A stretch of DNA of 41,333 nucleotides from Octopus bimaculoides (taxonomy: Eukaryota): assembly GCF_001194135.2 (NCBI RefSeq), contig NC_068984.1:17774705-17816037 (forward strand). The letters run 5' to 3'. Positions 1-11,031 of the stretch are shown here, one piece after another (within the stretch, counting starts at the first letter, position 1; each line of letters begins with the position of its first letter). The position numbers and the translations under genes are program-made. Under the pieces are notes generated by a model, which was given only the letters and a program-made list of their open reading frames with translations, ran no database searches and was not told the DNA's origin.

Positions 1-420
1 TTTTAACTCTTTTAGTCATTTGACTGCAGCCATGCTGGAGCACCACCTTTAGTCAAGCAAATCAACCCCAGGACTTATTCTTTCTAAGCCTAGTACTTAT
101 TCTATCAGGCTCTTTTGCTGAACCGCTAAGTTACGGGAACGTAAACACACCACCATCAGTTGTCAAGCAATGTTGGGGGATAAACACAGACACACAAACA
201 TATACACATGCATACATATATATATATATACATATATACGATGGGTTTCTTTCAGTTTCTGTCTACCAAATTCACTCCCAAGACTTTGGTTGGCCCAAGG
301 CTATAGTAGAAGACACTTGCCCAAGATGCCTTGCAGTAAGACTGAACCCGGAACCATGTGGTTGTTAAGCAAGCTACTTAAGATACAGCTATACCTGTGG
401 CTATGCAGCCACTCCTGCGC
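1..420 (-). mobile_element. tRNA-derived SINE family A, near full length (3' tail cut by window edge)
   Basis: Reverse complement of the ~410-bp unit repeated at 583, 13474, 15802, 19134, 21678 and 28818; head GCGCAGGAGTGGCTG with A-box-like TGGCTGTGTGG and B-box-like GGTTCAGTCC; internal TA/TG tract. Confidence 0.85.
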
Positions 421-582
421 CTACATATATCTTTTAAATTTGTTCACGGGAAATGTTTGGGGCATGTAAATAAATCTCCTATTCCATTATGCTGGCCACT
501 GTCTAATGATGCTGAGTAATGAACCAGCTTTTTGGTGTTGCATCGAACTGTGCCGATATAATGTAGGATAAATTTTGTAATA

Positions 583-745
583 GGTGCAGCAGTGGCTATG
601 TGGTAAGTAGCTTGCTTACCAACCTCATGGTTCCGGGTTCAGTCCCACTGCATGGAATTTTGGGCAAGTGTCTTCTGCTATAGCCTCGGGCCAACCAAAG
701 CCTTTTGAGTGGAATTGGTAGATGGAAACTGAAAGAAGCCTGTTG

Positions 746-790
<45 letters not shown>

Positions 791-999
791 TTGTGTGTCT
801 GTGTTTGTCCCCCCAACGTCGCTTGACAACCGATGCTGGTGTGTTTACATCCCCGTAACTTAGCGGTTCATCAAAAGAGACTGATAGAATAAGTACTAGG
901 CTTACAAAGAATAAGTCCTGGGGTCGATTTGCTCAACTAAAGGTGGTGCTCTAGCATGGCTGCAGTCAAATGACTGAAACAAGTAAAAGAGTAAAAGAG
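583..999 (+). mobile_element. SINE family A, full length
   Basis: Head GTGGCTATGTGGTAAGTAGCTTGCTTACC with B-box-like GGTTCAGTCC, internal microsatellite, tail CAGTCAAATGACTGAAACAAG(TAAAAGAG)n. Confidence 0.9.
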
Positions 1000-1446
1000 A
1001 AAATAATAATGATAATCCATGGATAGAATTTATAAACATTTAACGCATCGCTATGCGTGATTCCACAAATTACATGTCTCTTAAGACCATAATCCATATT
1101 CCTGGGATGATTGCAGTGTAGTCCATAGTATCCATGGGCATCAGGTAGATAAATCATTTTCATGGATTCATTTCTTCAGGTGATATAACATTAATGGACG
1201 TTTAGTCACCATATTTCATTCCATATCAGCTACCTCTGATGAGCGCAGGGTTACATAATCAGATTGTTACCTAGCACTCTGTTGAATCCTTGGTGCAAAA
1301 CCAATTGGTAAGGTCAGCTGTAATGGATATATGATACTGTACACTTTGGATAATACACCAACTTTGTCGACAGATCACGAGTGCATTTTTTCCTGACTTA
1401 TGGACTCTTAGATGACTCACACACACACACACACAGACACACACAC

Positions 1447-1675
1447 ATGTATGTGTGTGTCTGTGTTTGCCTCCCACTACTGCTTCACAACTGGTGTTGG
1501 TATGTTTACATCCTTGTAACCTAGCAGTTCAGCCAAAGAAACTGATAGAATAAATACTAGGCTTGAGAAAAATAAATCCTTGGGGGTTGACTTTTTCAAG
1601 GGAAAAAAACCCTTCGAGGTGGTGCCCCAGCATGGCCACAGTCTAATGACTGAAACAAGTAAAAGATAAAAGATA
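1447..1675 (+). mobile_element. SINE family A, 3' half, diverged
   Basis: Matches the family A 3' half from the (TG)n tract to the (TAAAAGA)n tail. Confidence 0.75.
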
Positions 1676-2179
1676 AATGATAAATAAAAAAAAATAATGC
1701 AAGCAATAACAAAACATGATGAAACCTAATAAAATAAATAAATAGGTCAAGTTGACATGGCAAGCCACATCCAATTTGGACGTATCAAATTAGGAAAACA
1801 TTAAAAACACATTAATGTTAAGTTCTAAATTACTTGATTTTATAACCCAATTGAAATAGCAAAAGTAGACTATAAGGCAACATGCAAAAATTATTATGAA
1901 GACTTAATAAACATGCAGTCTCTATTAAGGTTATGTTTTAATTAACTTTTTCCAATGAAACAGTGTTTCTGGGAGTATAAAATTATTGAAACTAGTATTC
2001 AAGTGAAGGATTTGAAATATCAATAATTTGTTTTCTGTTATTCTTTCGTTTTTATTTGGCTTTATTTTTTAGCCTAACTATCAAATATATGCCACATTGC
2101 ATTTAGTTAAACATGCAATATCAGAGTGTAGGAGAAGAACTTGGCATTGATACGGAGCCTTAATATTATTGGTAACAAA

Positions 2180-2380
2180 GGCGGTGAGCTGGCAGAAATG
2201 CTTAGCAGTATTTCGCCTGCCGTTATGTTCTGAGTTCAAATTCCACCGAGGTCAACTTTGTCTTTCATTCTTTCAGGGTCGATAAATTAAGTACCAGTTG
2301 CTTACTGGGGTCGATCTAATCGACTGCCCCCCTCCCCCCGCTCCTCCAAAATTTCAGGCCTTGAGCCTAGAGTAGAAAAG
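2180..2380 (+). mobile_element. tRNA-derived SINE family C
   Basis: GGCGGTGAGCTGGCAGAA head, B-box-like GAGTTCAAATTCC, core CTTTGTCTTTCATTCTTTCAGGGTCGATAAATTAAGTACCAG; 16-bp TSD AATATTA(T/C)TGGTAACA at 2162-2177 and 2381-2396. Confidence 0.85.
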
Positions 2381-2493
2381 AATATTACTGGTAACATGTC
2401 ATGTATTTAAAGCACATCATAGATTTATGCGTGTGTGTGTGTGTCTGTTTTGTATATATGTATATGTGTAAGTGTGCATGTGTATCTATGTAT

Positions 2494-2496
<3 letters not shown>

Positions 2497-2547
<51 letters not shown>
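2497..2547. repeat. (CA)n microsatellite
   Basis: Seen directly. Confidence 0.95.
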
Positions 2548-2549
<2 letters not shown>

Positions 2550-2953
2550 ACTGGCACATCATTTCCACAGCTGTTATCAGCCTTTCGCAACACTTTGCCA
2601 TGCACATTGAGAGTTGTGGCAAGCCGTCCAGGTAGACACCGAAGTCTGCCCTGTTATCCATCTTATCATTCGTCCTGAACAGTGAGCAAAGTGCCGTTGA
2701 AAAGCCACACACATCTGTTTCACCTCCACCACACAGGCCCATCATGACGCTTTTGTTCCCTCCCTGCTTAGTGAATGCGCTTTAGCTCTGACAATGCAGC
2801 CTCCGTGTTTGGCGTCGAAAAATTGATCGAGAGCCAATCTGGCCGCCAACACTTCAGTTGTGATGCCTGTCCTAAGTGCCTTATCTAACTTCCTAACTAA
2901 ATCTCCCTCTATTCTATTTCTCTCTACCGCTAATGCCTTGCTAAACCTAAATG

Positions 2954-3082
2954 ATTCATCATGGTGACGATGATGATGACAATGATGATGATGATGATGA
3001 CGATGACGATGACAATGATGATGATGATGATGATGGTAATGATGGTGATGATGGTGATGATGCTGATGATGCTGATGATGAC
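2954..3082. repeat. (GAT)n-rich compound trinucleotide repeat
   Basis: Seen directly; source of poly-D/M/I ORFs. Confidence 0.95.
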
Positions 3083-3829
3083 GGTGGTGCCTTTGAATGG
3101 TGCATTATTTTTTTTTTTTCTCTTATCAGTCTTCAGAAGCATGAAAGCCAAACCGAACCGGGTGTGAATTGAACTCGGAAAACACTTTGAACTGCGAATA
3201 AAATATCACAAGCTCAATATTCCATATAAATTGATTTGTCCAAGAAAGAAGAACCGAATCCATGGTGATTGTAGGCCGAACCAGGCTGGCTATGAGATTT
3301 GGATGGCTAGGTGAGATTAGCTGTTGTTAATATTGAATTTGAACTGATGTAGATTAGTCAGAAGTCATTTGGAGGGCAGAAAACTATTTACTTATGTATT
3401 CACTTAAATATCTGTTTATGGAATTGGTTCACTCAATACCAATATTTTTGGTATTTTTATTTTTACTCATATTTATTTTTTGCCCATAAAATACAAAAAA
3501 AAAATGGAAAGGAAAACAAACTTTGTTTTACATTATCATTTGTATGTAGGTCTGCAGCACCATCAATAAATCTTGATATGTACTCAACATATAACCAATA
3601 ATGTTTAAAGCATTGAATTGATTTTCTGTTGCAAGCTGATCTACAACCGAAACTTCAAACATCAAGCTTGCATCCCATAGCTAAATGTACTGCTATATTG
3701 TCGTGTTCTTCACTCAAAATCATTTATTAATCTACTTCTAGTCAATGATTTAGAAGTATTCAGTGATACTGAGAGCTAGCAAAGTGCTCCAAGCACCAAC
3801 TGGAGATATTTTCACAGCTGACATTAGAC

Positions 3830-3990
3830 ACAGGCATGGTTATGTGGTTTAGAAGTCCTGTTTCCAAACCACGCAGTTTCAGGTTCTATCGCACTGCACA
3901 GCAGCTTGGACAGTAGTCTTCTGTTATAACCCAGGGCCAGCAAAAGCTTTGTGAGTGAATATGTTATGTAGAAACTGAAAAGAAGTCCAA
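3830..3990 (+). mobile_element. SINE family A, 5' half, diverged
   Basis: GGCATGGTTATGTGGTT...GAAACTGAAAAGAAG aligns to the family A head. Confidence 0.65.
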
Positions 3991-4178
3991 CACACTCACA
4001 CATGTGTGCACACACAAATACACACACACATACTCTCATACATACATACACACATATATATGCAAAAGTAAAGCGGACGTTGATGATGATGATGATGATA
4101 CTCTTTTACCTGTTTCAGCTATGCAGCCGTGGTGATGCTGGAGCACCACCATGTATGTGTATATATACATATATATAT

Positions 4179-4251
<73 letters not shown>

Positions 4252-4477
4252 ATCTTCATGCATAACACACAGACACACACACATATATGTATAGTCAATT
4301 CAAATAAACGAGTAAAATTAAAGGACAAGAAGAGGATATGCACAAGAAATGTGCATGAAGAGGACATGCACAAGAAATCAAGAAATACATCTTACCAAAA
4401 AAAAACAACATTAAATTAATGAGGACAGGTTGTCTCCCCTGAAGCAGAATATAACCAACCCTTGATGCTTGATGAAA

Positions 4478-4560
4478 AGAGAGAGTTTGATGTTTTGAGC
4501 ATAGCTCTTCATCGGAAAGGAGAACGGGAAAAGTTCTCAGAAGGAAAAAAAAATCGCCAA
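4478..4560 (-). mobile_element. Penelope-like pLTR fragment with decayed hammerhead motif
   Basis: Minus strand reads CCGATGA-A-GAGC-TAT-GCTC-AAAAC-ATC, i.e. CTGATGA/stem II/GAAAC/GTC with three substitutions. Confidence 0.5.
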
Positions 4561-4624
4561 CACCACATGTGCAATGTAATTACACACGTGCTGTAATTAC
4601 ATTGCTGAAGTGACTGGTGAAGTA

Positions 4625-4795
4625 CAGGGTGCAATCATAGCTGTCCGGTTGAGAAATGTGCATTGCAACCATGTGATTTTCAGTTCAGTCACGCTTCATA
4701 ATACCTTGGACAAATGTCTTTTACTATAGTCTGGAGCTGCTCAAAGCCTTATGTGTGAATTTGTGAATTTGGTAGATGGAAACTGAGACAAGATC
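4625..4795 (+). mobile_element. SINE family A, 5' half, old
   Basis: Diverged match to the family A head through GGTAGATGGAAACTGA. Confidence 0.55.
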
Positions 4796-4843
4796 ATCAC
4801 ACACATACACATACATGTGTGTAAAAGCATCCTTTTACATATA

Positions 4844-5049
4844 TCATCATCATCATCATCATTTAACATCTGCTCTCCATGCTAGCATGGGTTGGACGGT
4901 TTGATTGGGAACTAGTGAACCAGATGGCTACACCAGACTCCAATCTGATCTGGCAGAGTTTCTACAGCTGGATGCCCTTCCTAACACCAACCACTCCGAG
5001 AGTGTAGTGGGTGCTTTTTACATGCCACCGGCACGAGGGCCAGTCTGTA
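4844..5049 (-). mobile_element. RTE-type LINE 3' end (family B), truncated
   Basis: (CAT)n tail plus TTTAACATCTGCTCTCCATGCTAGCATGGGTTGGAC...GGATGCCCTTCCTAAC...GTGGGTGCTTTTAC shared with more than 10 copies in the window. Confidence 0.85.
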
Positions 5050-5279
5050 TCTACTATATACTTGTGAAAAGGGCGGACGTTGTCTCACAAGCAGTTGTGC
5101 AGGCAAAACTGTTAGTAAATGTGATCAGATTGACCTAAAAATTTGCACACCCATGTTAAAAGTGCTGGGCATGGCAAATTTGAGTTTTCTCAATTGAAAG
5201 GTGCAGCTGCAAGGGCAAAATTCCTCATCTTTAAAATGTGGCCCAAGTAGACCCGAATGAAATTGGGTTATAATACTAG
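5050..5279 (+). mobile_element. Non-autonomous mini-Helitron
   Basis: Starts TCTACTATAT after an A, ends CTAG before a T; subterminal hairpin ACCCGA-ATGAAAT-TGGGT at 5251-5268; no TIR or TSD. Confidence 0.65.
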
Positions 5280-5319
5280 TATATTTATATATAATGTGCC
5301 CTTTAAATAAATAATACAG

Positions 5320-5478
5320 ATATATATATATATATATATTGATAGGAAGGACAACAAAAGAAAGAAAGAGAGCTCGATATTACGTAAATAGAGGAAGTTA
5401 TCTGTAAAAATATGTGACACTTATTCAGTAGCCATGATAAAACTCCGAGCTTCGGATGCCGGGATGGGAGTCCATGCC
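5320..5478 (-). mobile_element. Penelope-like element 3' end (same family as 34728-35440), cut by gap
   Basis: About 150 bp closely matches 34740-34885, including half of the hammerhead (GAAA changed to GAAG). Confidence 0.75.
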
Positions 5479-5635
5479 NNNNNNNNNNNNNNNNNNNNNN
5501 NNNNNNNNNNNNNNNNNNNNNNNNNNNNNNNNNNNNNNNNNNNNNNNNNNNNNNNNNNNNNNNNNNNNNNNNNNNNNNNNNNNNNNNNNNNNNNNNNNNN
5601 NNNNNNNNNNNNNNNNNNNNNNNNNNNNNNNNNNN

Positions 5636-5925
5636 NGTGGTGGCGGTGGTGGTGGTGGTGGTGGTGGTGGATTTAGTGTTGCTACTACTGCTTCTGCTGC
5701 TGCTGCTGATGATGATAACGATGATGTTGACAATGATGGCAATGGTGGTGGTTTTGTTGCACTGCTGCTGCTGATGATGATGATAATGATGTGATGATGA
5801 TAATGATGATAATGATGTCGATGTGGTGGTGGTGGTGGTGGTAGCAGTACTGCTGCTGCTGCTGCTGGTGATGATGATGGCAATGATGATGACAATGGTG
5901 GTGGTTCTGCTGCTGCTGCTGCCGA
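5636..5925. repeat. Compound (GGT)/(GCT)/(GAT) trinucleotide repeat
   Basis: Seen directly. Confidence 0.9.
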
Positions 5926-7892
5926 TTCAGATGATGTAATTTTGAAGAACTATTCAAAATACACCAGCATAAGACAAGCGAAGCAAATGTAAGACAATAT
6001 TGATAAAGGATATCGTTAAAAAAAAATACATGCCATCACATGTAGCATATCACATGAAGTGAAATGTGAGATATTTGACTTGCACTGAAAAAGCACTCAT
6101 TAATAAAAACGTGCGAGGGAAGCTGCAGATGAGAAGAGAAACAAAAGATAAACAAATGAAGATTTCAAACTAAAAATTGTCACAAGCTTTTCTATATTAA
6201 TTGCATTGATTCTGTGTTACTAAGTATCATATCATCTTACATAAATGCAGCTGGTTGTTTTGTGCTAGCAATGGAAACATGAATTTATCTTGAAAAATAT
6301 TACACAACTAATTTGAAAGTTTTCTGAAATAACCGTGTGCAAAAATATTGGAAGGAAAGAAAATGCCATGGAATAATGAAAGTTCATAAATATATGTGGA
6401 ATATTTAAAACAGAAATATAAATAGAAAAATTATTAAAAAAAAAAGAAGAAAAATCGGAGTTGCACAAATGTATATGTAGATGAATATAAATATATATAT
6501 GTTTTTTTTTCTTTTCTATCAAACACCAGATAATTTTCTCACTGTTACAATCAGAAAACTGTTTGGAGAATTGTTTGTATGTTTTAATGGTTTATTTAGA
6601 AGATTGTTTATTCAGAAAATTTTTATGTTTTATGAAAGTTTTCTCTTGATTTAGGAATTTATTTCTAACGGAAGAATTTTTGATATTCTAATGTTGTTTA
6701 CGCCTGATATTTTCTAAGAAGATGTAGCCAAAAAATTTGCTGTTTTGTTTTCGTAGAAATATGCCTTAGACATTGGAAGAAATTCAGCTTTCCTTTTCAT
6801 TTGGCCTTTCACGGATTAAATTATGAAGTGAATATTTTTTTTTTTATCTATTTTTCTCTTTAGAGCATTCGATATCTTACATTCAGTATATCATATATGG
6901 AACAAACCAAGCAACTAATATCACATTTGAAGTTGCCAAAGGAATATTTCAAAGAACATTGAATAGCAAAAAGATAACATTATTTTGGAGCCAAGTTTAT
7001 CAGAACAAAAAACTCTTTCTTCCAAAATGTTGACCTATTTGATGTAAATAATTTTCATTTGTTTTTGGTTCTCCAATAAAGTTTCATTTGTTTTATTCAT
7101 ATTTGATTTTAAATGCATTTTTATGCATTTTAGGTCATAGTAAACAGTGTTGCAAGTAAATTAGAAAAATATTATTCAATATTTTTATTCAAAAATGTTT
7201 TCACTAAAGGAAGTATTTCTCATATTAGATATATGTTTCTAACAGTTTTTTTTTTCTCCGAAGTTTTACAATATAGATACAAACACATCCCATCAATTAA
7301 AATCAAGTTATCAGTCCCAGATATTTTAAACAAAATTAAACTCAAGCAAATAACATTCTGAGATCCACAAGCTGAAGAATTCAATAACTTTCTGCTAAAA
7401 TCTGTTGATATTCCATAAGAAAGACTCCCTTAATTTAGTTTTTATGTCTCTTCCTTCAACCGTGCTCTATAAGTATAATTGCAATGAAGTCAAAACACAG
7501 ATTGGATGGAGCCAGTTCACTCATGATAAACTAATGATGTCAGAATTTCATTCTTAGCCACATTGGATCAATCCATCACAGAAAGCAGATACATTTTAGA
7601 TATTTTCTCTACCATTTGTCTTATAAATCTTAAAATATTTGTTTTACAATTGCTACAATACACGAAGACAGTATAAATGTATTTTCAGTGAAATATTTAA
7701 ATTAGGAATGGTATTTCTTCCAGAAATATTTATGAATGTGTAAGCAATAATCAATCTTTTGTCTAGTGATGCAGCATTTACAGATAAACCTAAATGCATG
7801 GATTTGAAACCAAAGAATCACTCATTAATTTGTTTTTACATCTGTTTTTCCATGCTAGCATGGGTTTGACTGGTATATTAATTTCAAATTTT

Positions 7893-8087
7893 AGTACAGG
7901 GCCGGAAATTCTGGCGAAAGGGCTAAGTCAATTACATCAACCCCTGTGCTCAACTTGTACTCATTTTATCGACCCCACAAGAGTGTAAGTGAAAGGCAAA
8001 GTTGACATCAGCAGGATTTGAACTCCGAACATAAAGACGGATGAAATCCTGCCTGATGTGCTAATGATTCTGCCAGTTCACTGTCAT
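7893..8087 (-). mobile_element. SINE family C, diverged
   Basis: GAAAGGCAAAGTTGACATCAGCAGGATTTGAACTC core on the plus strand. Confidence 0.7.
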
Positions 8088-8218
8088 AAAAGTTAGACCA
8101 ATATATTATTAAGGCGTTTTAAAGCGGGATGTCCTTCCAGTTGTTAACCTTCGTCTGTTTTTCATGCCAGAACTCCCTTAATTCACATGACTTTGAAGGT
8201 ACAAAACCAGCAAACTTG

Positions 8219-8254
<36 letters not shown>

Positions 8255-8260
8255 TGTGTA

Positions 8261-8896
8261 TCATCATCATCATCATCATCATCATTTAATGTCTGCTTTC
8301 CATGCTAGCATGGGTTGGACGATTTGATTGAGGACTGGTGAACCAGATGGCTGCACCAGGCTCCAATCTGATCTGGCAGAGTTTCTACAGCTGGATGCCC
8401 TTCCTAATGCCAACCACTCCGAGAGTGTAGTGGGTGCTTTTATGTGCCACCGGCACGAGGGCCAGTCATGCGGTACTGGCAATGGCCACACTCAAATGAT
8501 GTCTTTTATACATGCCACCTGCACAGGAGCCAGTCCAGCAGCACTAGCAACGATCTCGCTTGAATGATTTTCTAACGTGCCACTGGCACAAGTGCCAGTA
8601 AGACGACGCTGGTAACGATCACACTCAAATGGTGCTATTTACGTGCCACTAGCACGGAAACCAGACAGCTGCTCTGGCAATGATCATGCTCGGACGGTGC
8701 TGTTAGTGCTCCACTGGCACAGGTGCCAGTCATCGAATATGGTTCAATTACGATTTCGATTTCACTTGCCTCAACAGGTCTTTGCAAGCAGAGTTTAGTG
8801 TCCAATGAAGGAGACATTGGCATGGGTGCCAGTCGTCAAATTTGGTTCGATTTCGATTTCAGATTTACTTGCCTCAACAGGTCTTCACAAGCAGAG
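8261..8896 (-). mobile_element. RTE-type LINE 3' region (family B), long copy with five ~66-bp internal repeats
   Basis: (CAT)n tail; GTGCCAC(C/T)(G/T)GCAC units at 8444, 8512, 8577, 8643 and 8708; ~70-bp block duplicated at 8722-8795 and 8826-8896. Confidence 0.85.
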
Positions 8897-8907
8897 TATA
8901 TGAATTA

Positions 8908-9052
8908 AAATTCCACTGAGGTCAGTTTTGCTATTCATCCCTCTGGGGTCAATAAAATGAAGTACCAGTCAAGTACCAGGATGGGGGAGGGTTAATGCAA
9001 TTGACTAACTCACAACTCCTGAAATTGCTGGCCTTGTGCCAAACCTTGAAAC
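8908..9052 (+). mobile_element. SINE family C, 5'-truncated and diverged
   Basis: AATTCCACTGAGGTCAGTTTTGCTATTCATCC core. Confidence 0.65.
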
Positions 9053-9082
9053 ACTTTGTCTTTGAAACATCAGCTTAATAAT

Positions 9083-9299
9083 CCTTTCTACAATAGGCAC
9101 GAGGCCTGGAGTTTTGGTGGGAGGGTGCTAATCGATTATATCAACCCCTAGAGCTTGACTTGCACTTATTTTATGAACCCTGTAAATATGAAAGGCAAAG
9201 TTGACCTCAACAGAATCTGAACTCAGAACTTAAAGGCAGATGTAATACCACTAGGTATTTTGGTCTAGTGTGTTAATGATTCTGCAAGCTTGTTGCCTT
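9083..9299 (-). mobile_element. SINE family C
   Basis: Core motif present; perfect 16-bp TSD ACATCAGCTTAATAAT at 9067-9082 and 9300-9315. Confidence 0.85.
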
Positions 9300-9494
9300 A
9301 CATCAGCTTAATAATAGCAGAGACATTTGGCTAGATTCTTCCTTATTTTCAAAAGTAATTGAAACAAGGGTGATGCTGTTTAACAGAAAGATGGTAACAA
9401 AGATAGACAGAAAAATTATTTGGATGCAAATTTTATATTGTCTTCTCATTAATAAAAATGTGGTGGATAGCAGAGTAAAAATACTTCAGTAGCA

Positions 9495-10345
9495 TTGTGT
9501 TGAGTCAAAAGTTGTGCAACGCTTTGGTAATTCATTTGTTTCATTCGTTAAGTTACAATAAAAGGCATTCAAAGTAGGGGCTATCATGTTGCACTATCTG
9601 AAACCACATTTCTTATTTCTTTATTGCCTACAAGGGGCTAAACATAGAGGGGGACAAACAAGGACAGACAAAGGGATTGAGTCGATTACATTGACCCCAT
9701 TGCGTAACTGGTACTTAATTTATCGTGCCTGAAAGGATGAAAGGCAAAGTCGACCGCGGCGGGATTTGAACTCAGAACGTAAAGCCAGACGAAATACTGC
9801 TAAGCATTTCGCCCAGCATGCTAACATTTCTGCCAGCTCACCACCTTCAAAACCACATTTCTGCCAGTAGTTTGATTCCATGTTGATACCAGTTCTTGTT
9901 GTTCAAAATGAAGAACGCCTTCTCTACAGCTTCCACCTGCTCTTGGTTGATGAAGTGTCATGAACACAAGAATTGAGCCTTAAACTGGAACAAGTAATAA
10001 TCTAAGGGAGTTAAGTCTAGACTATACAATGAATCAGTTTGATTTCCTCAAGTTCCTGATATTTATTCTGGGTTGTTTGATTTGTATGAGGCCTTGTGTT
10101 GTCTTGCTGCAAAAGAACTCACTTTCTGTAAACCAATACCAGGTACTTGTGCCACACAATGGCACACATCTACTCCAGCTGTTTGGAGTTCAACTTCACA
10201 TTGTTGGATCAGCCATTCAGAACAAACTTGTCATGAATAAACTCCCCCATAATTCCACCAGATGCAAAGCGTCACCTTCTGTTTGAAACACCCATGTTTG
10301 GTGAGATGTTCTAAAAGTTGGCTCTTGTTTAACCACTGCTTATGC
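9495..10345 (-). pseudogene. Mariner (DD34D-like) transposon 3' half, decayed transposase, interrupted by a SINE C
   Basis: Minus-strand translation KVTLCIWWNYGG, VLLQQDNTRPHT, YSLDLTPLDYYLF, WYQHGIKLLAEMW; terminal TTGTGTTGAGTCAAAAGTTGTGCAA matches the inverted terminus ending at 11031. Confidence 0.85.
9614..9849 (-). mobile_element. SINE family C, young full-length copy inside the mariner
   Basis: CpG-rich; perfect 13-bp TSD AAACCACATTTCT at 9601-9613 and 9850-9862. Confidence 0.9.
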
Positions 10346-10371
10346 ACTTTATGATTGCAAAAAAAAAAATA

Positions 10372-10757
10372 TCATCATCATCATTTAACGTCTGCTTTCC
10401 ATGCTAGCATGGGTTGGACGATTTGACTGATGACTGGTGAACCAGGTGGCTACACCAGGCTCCAATCTGATTAGGCAGAGTTTCTACAGCTGGATGCCCT
10501 TCCTAACGCCAACCACTCCGAGAATGTAGTGGGTGCTTTTACGTGCCACCGGCATGAAGGCCAGTCACACGGTACTGGCAACGGTCATGCTCGAAATGGT
10601 GTATTTTATGTGCCACCTGCACAGGGGCCAGTCCAGGGGGCACTGGCAACGATCTCGCTCTAATGTCTTTTCACGTGCCACTGGCACAAGTTCCAGGAAG
10701 ACAACGTTGGTAACGATCACGCTCAAATGGTGCTATTTACGTGCCACTGGCACCGGA
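10372..10757 (-). mobile_element. RTE-type LINE 3' region (family B)
   Basis: (CAT)n tail and four internal GTGCCAC units. Confidence 0.85.
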
Positions 10758-10774
10758 TTATTACTTCTGATATG

Positions 10775-11031
10775 TGGCTCACTTCCAGCATCCATGACTC
10801 TTTATCAACCAAGTGGAAATGGAAGCTTCAGTGAAGGAGTCTTCTTCATCTTGAAGGCCAAAAACTCGTATCAGCATGGGATCGAAAAATGGACAGAAAC
10901 ATGGCTTTAGACGCAGCAACATGATGGCCTCTACTCTGAACGCCAGCCTGCTTTTGTTGTAACTTGACAAACAATTACATACAAATGCAAATAAGTTACC
11001 AAAATATTGCAAAACTTTTGACTTGACACAA
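10775..11031 (+). pseudogene. Mariner 3' end, same family as 9495-10345, opposite orientation
   Basis: KNSYQHGIEKWTETW resembles KNWYQHGIKLLAEMW; ends TTGCAAAACTTTTGACTTGACACAA followed by TA. Confidence 0.75.

Noticed and set aside
170-469. Recurring SINE-derived ORFs (MLGDKHRHT..., PDGCTRLQSDLAEFLQLDALP...)
   Set aside because: They are translations of SINE A and family B non-coding sequence repeated across the window
966-1163. 65-aa minus-strand ORF in unique sequence
   Set aside because: In-frame stop 15 nt upstream, runs into the SINE tail, no recognisable motif
1230-1275. CTGATGAG as a hammerhead core
   Set aside because: No helix II or GAAA follows
6864-7035. Possible internal exon after a strong-looking acceptor at 6863
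   Set aside because: The open frame ends in a stop with no good donor and the peptide has no recognisable similarity
8440-8730. CRISPR-like array (palindromic repeat with ~66-bp period)
   Set aside because: The spacers are homologous to each other, the array recurs inside multiple copies of a retroelement tail, the context is eukaryotic and there are no cas genes
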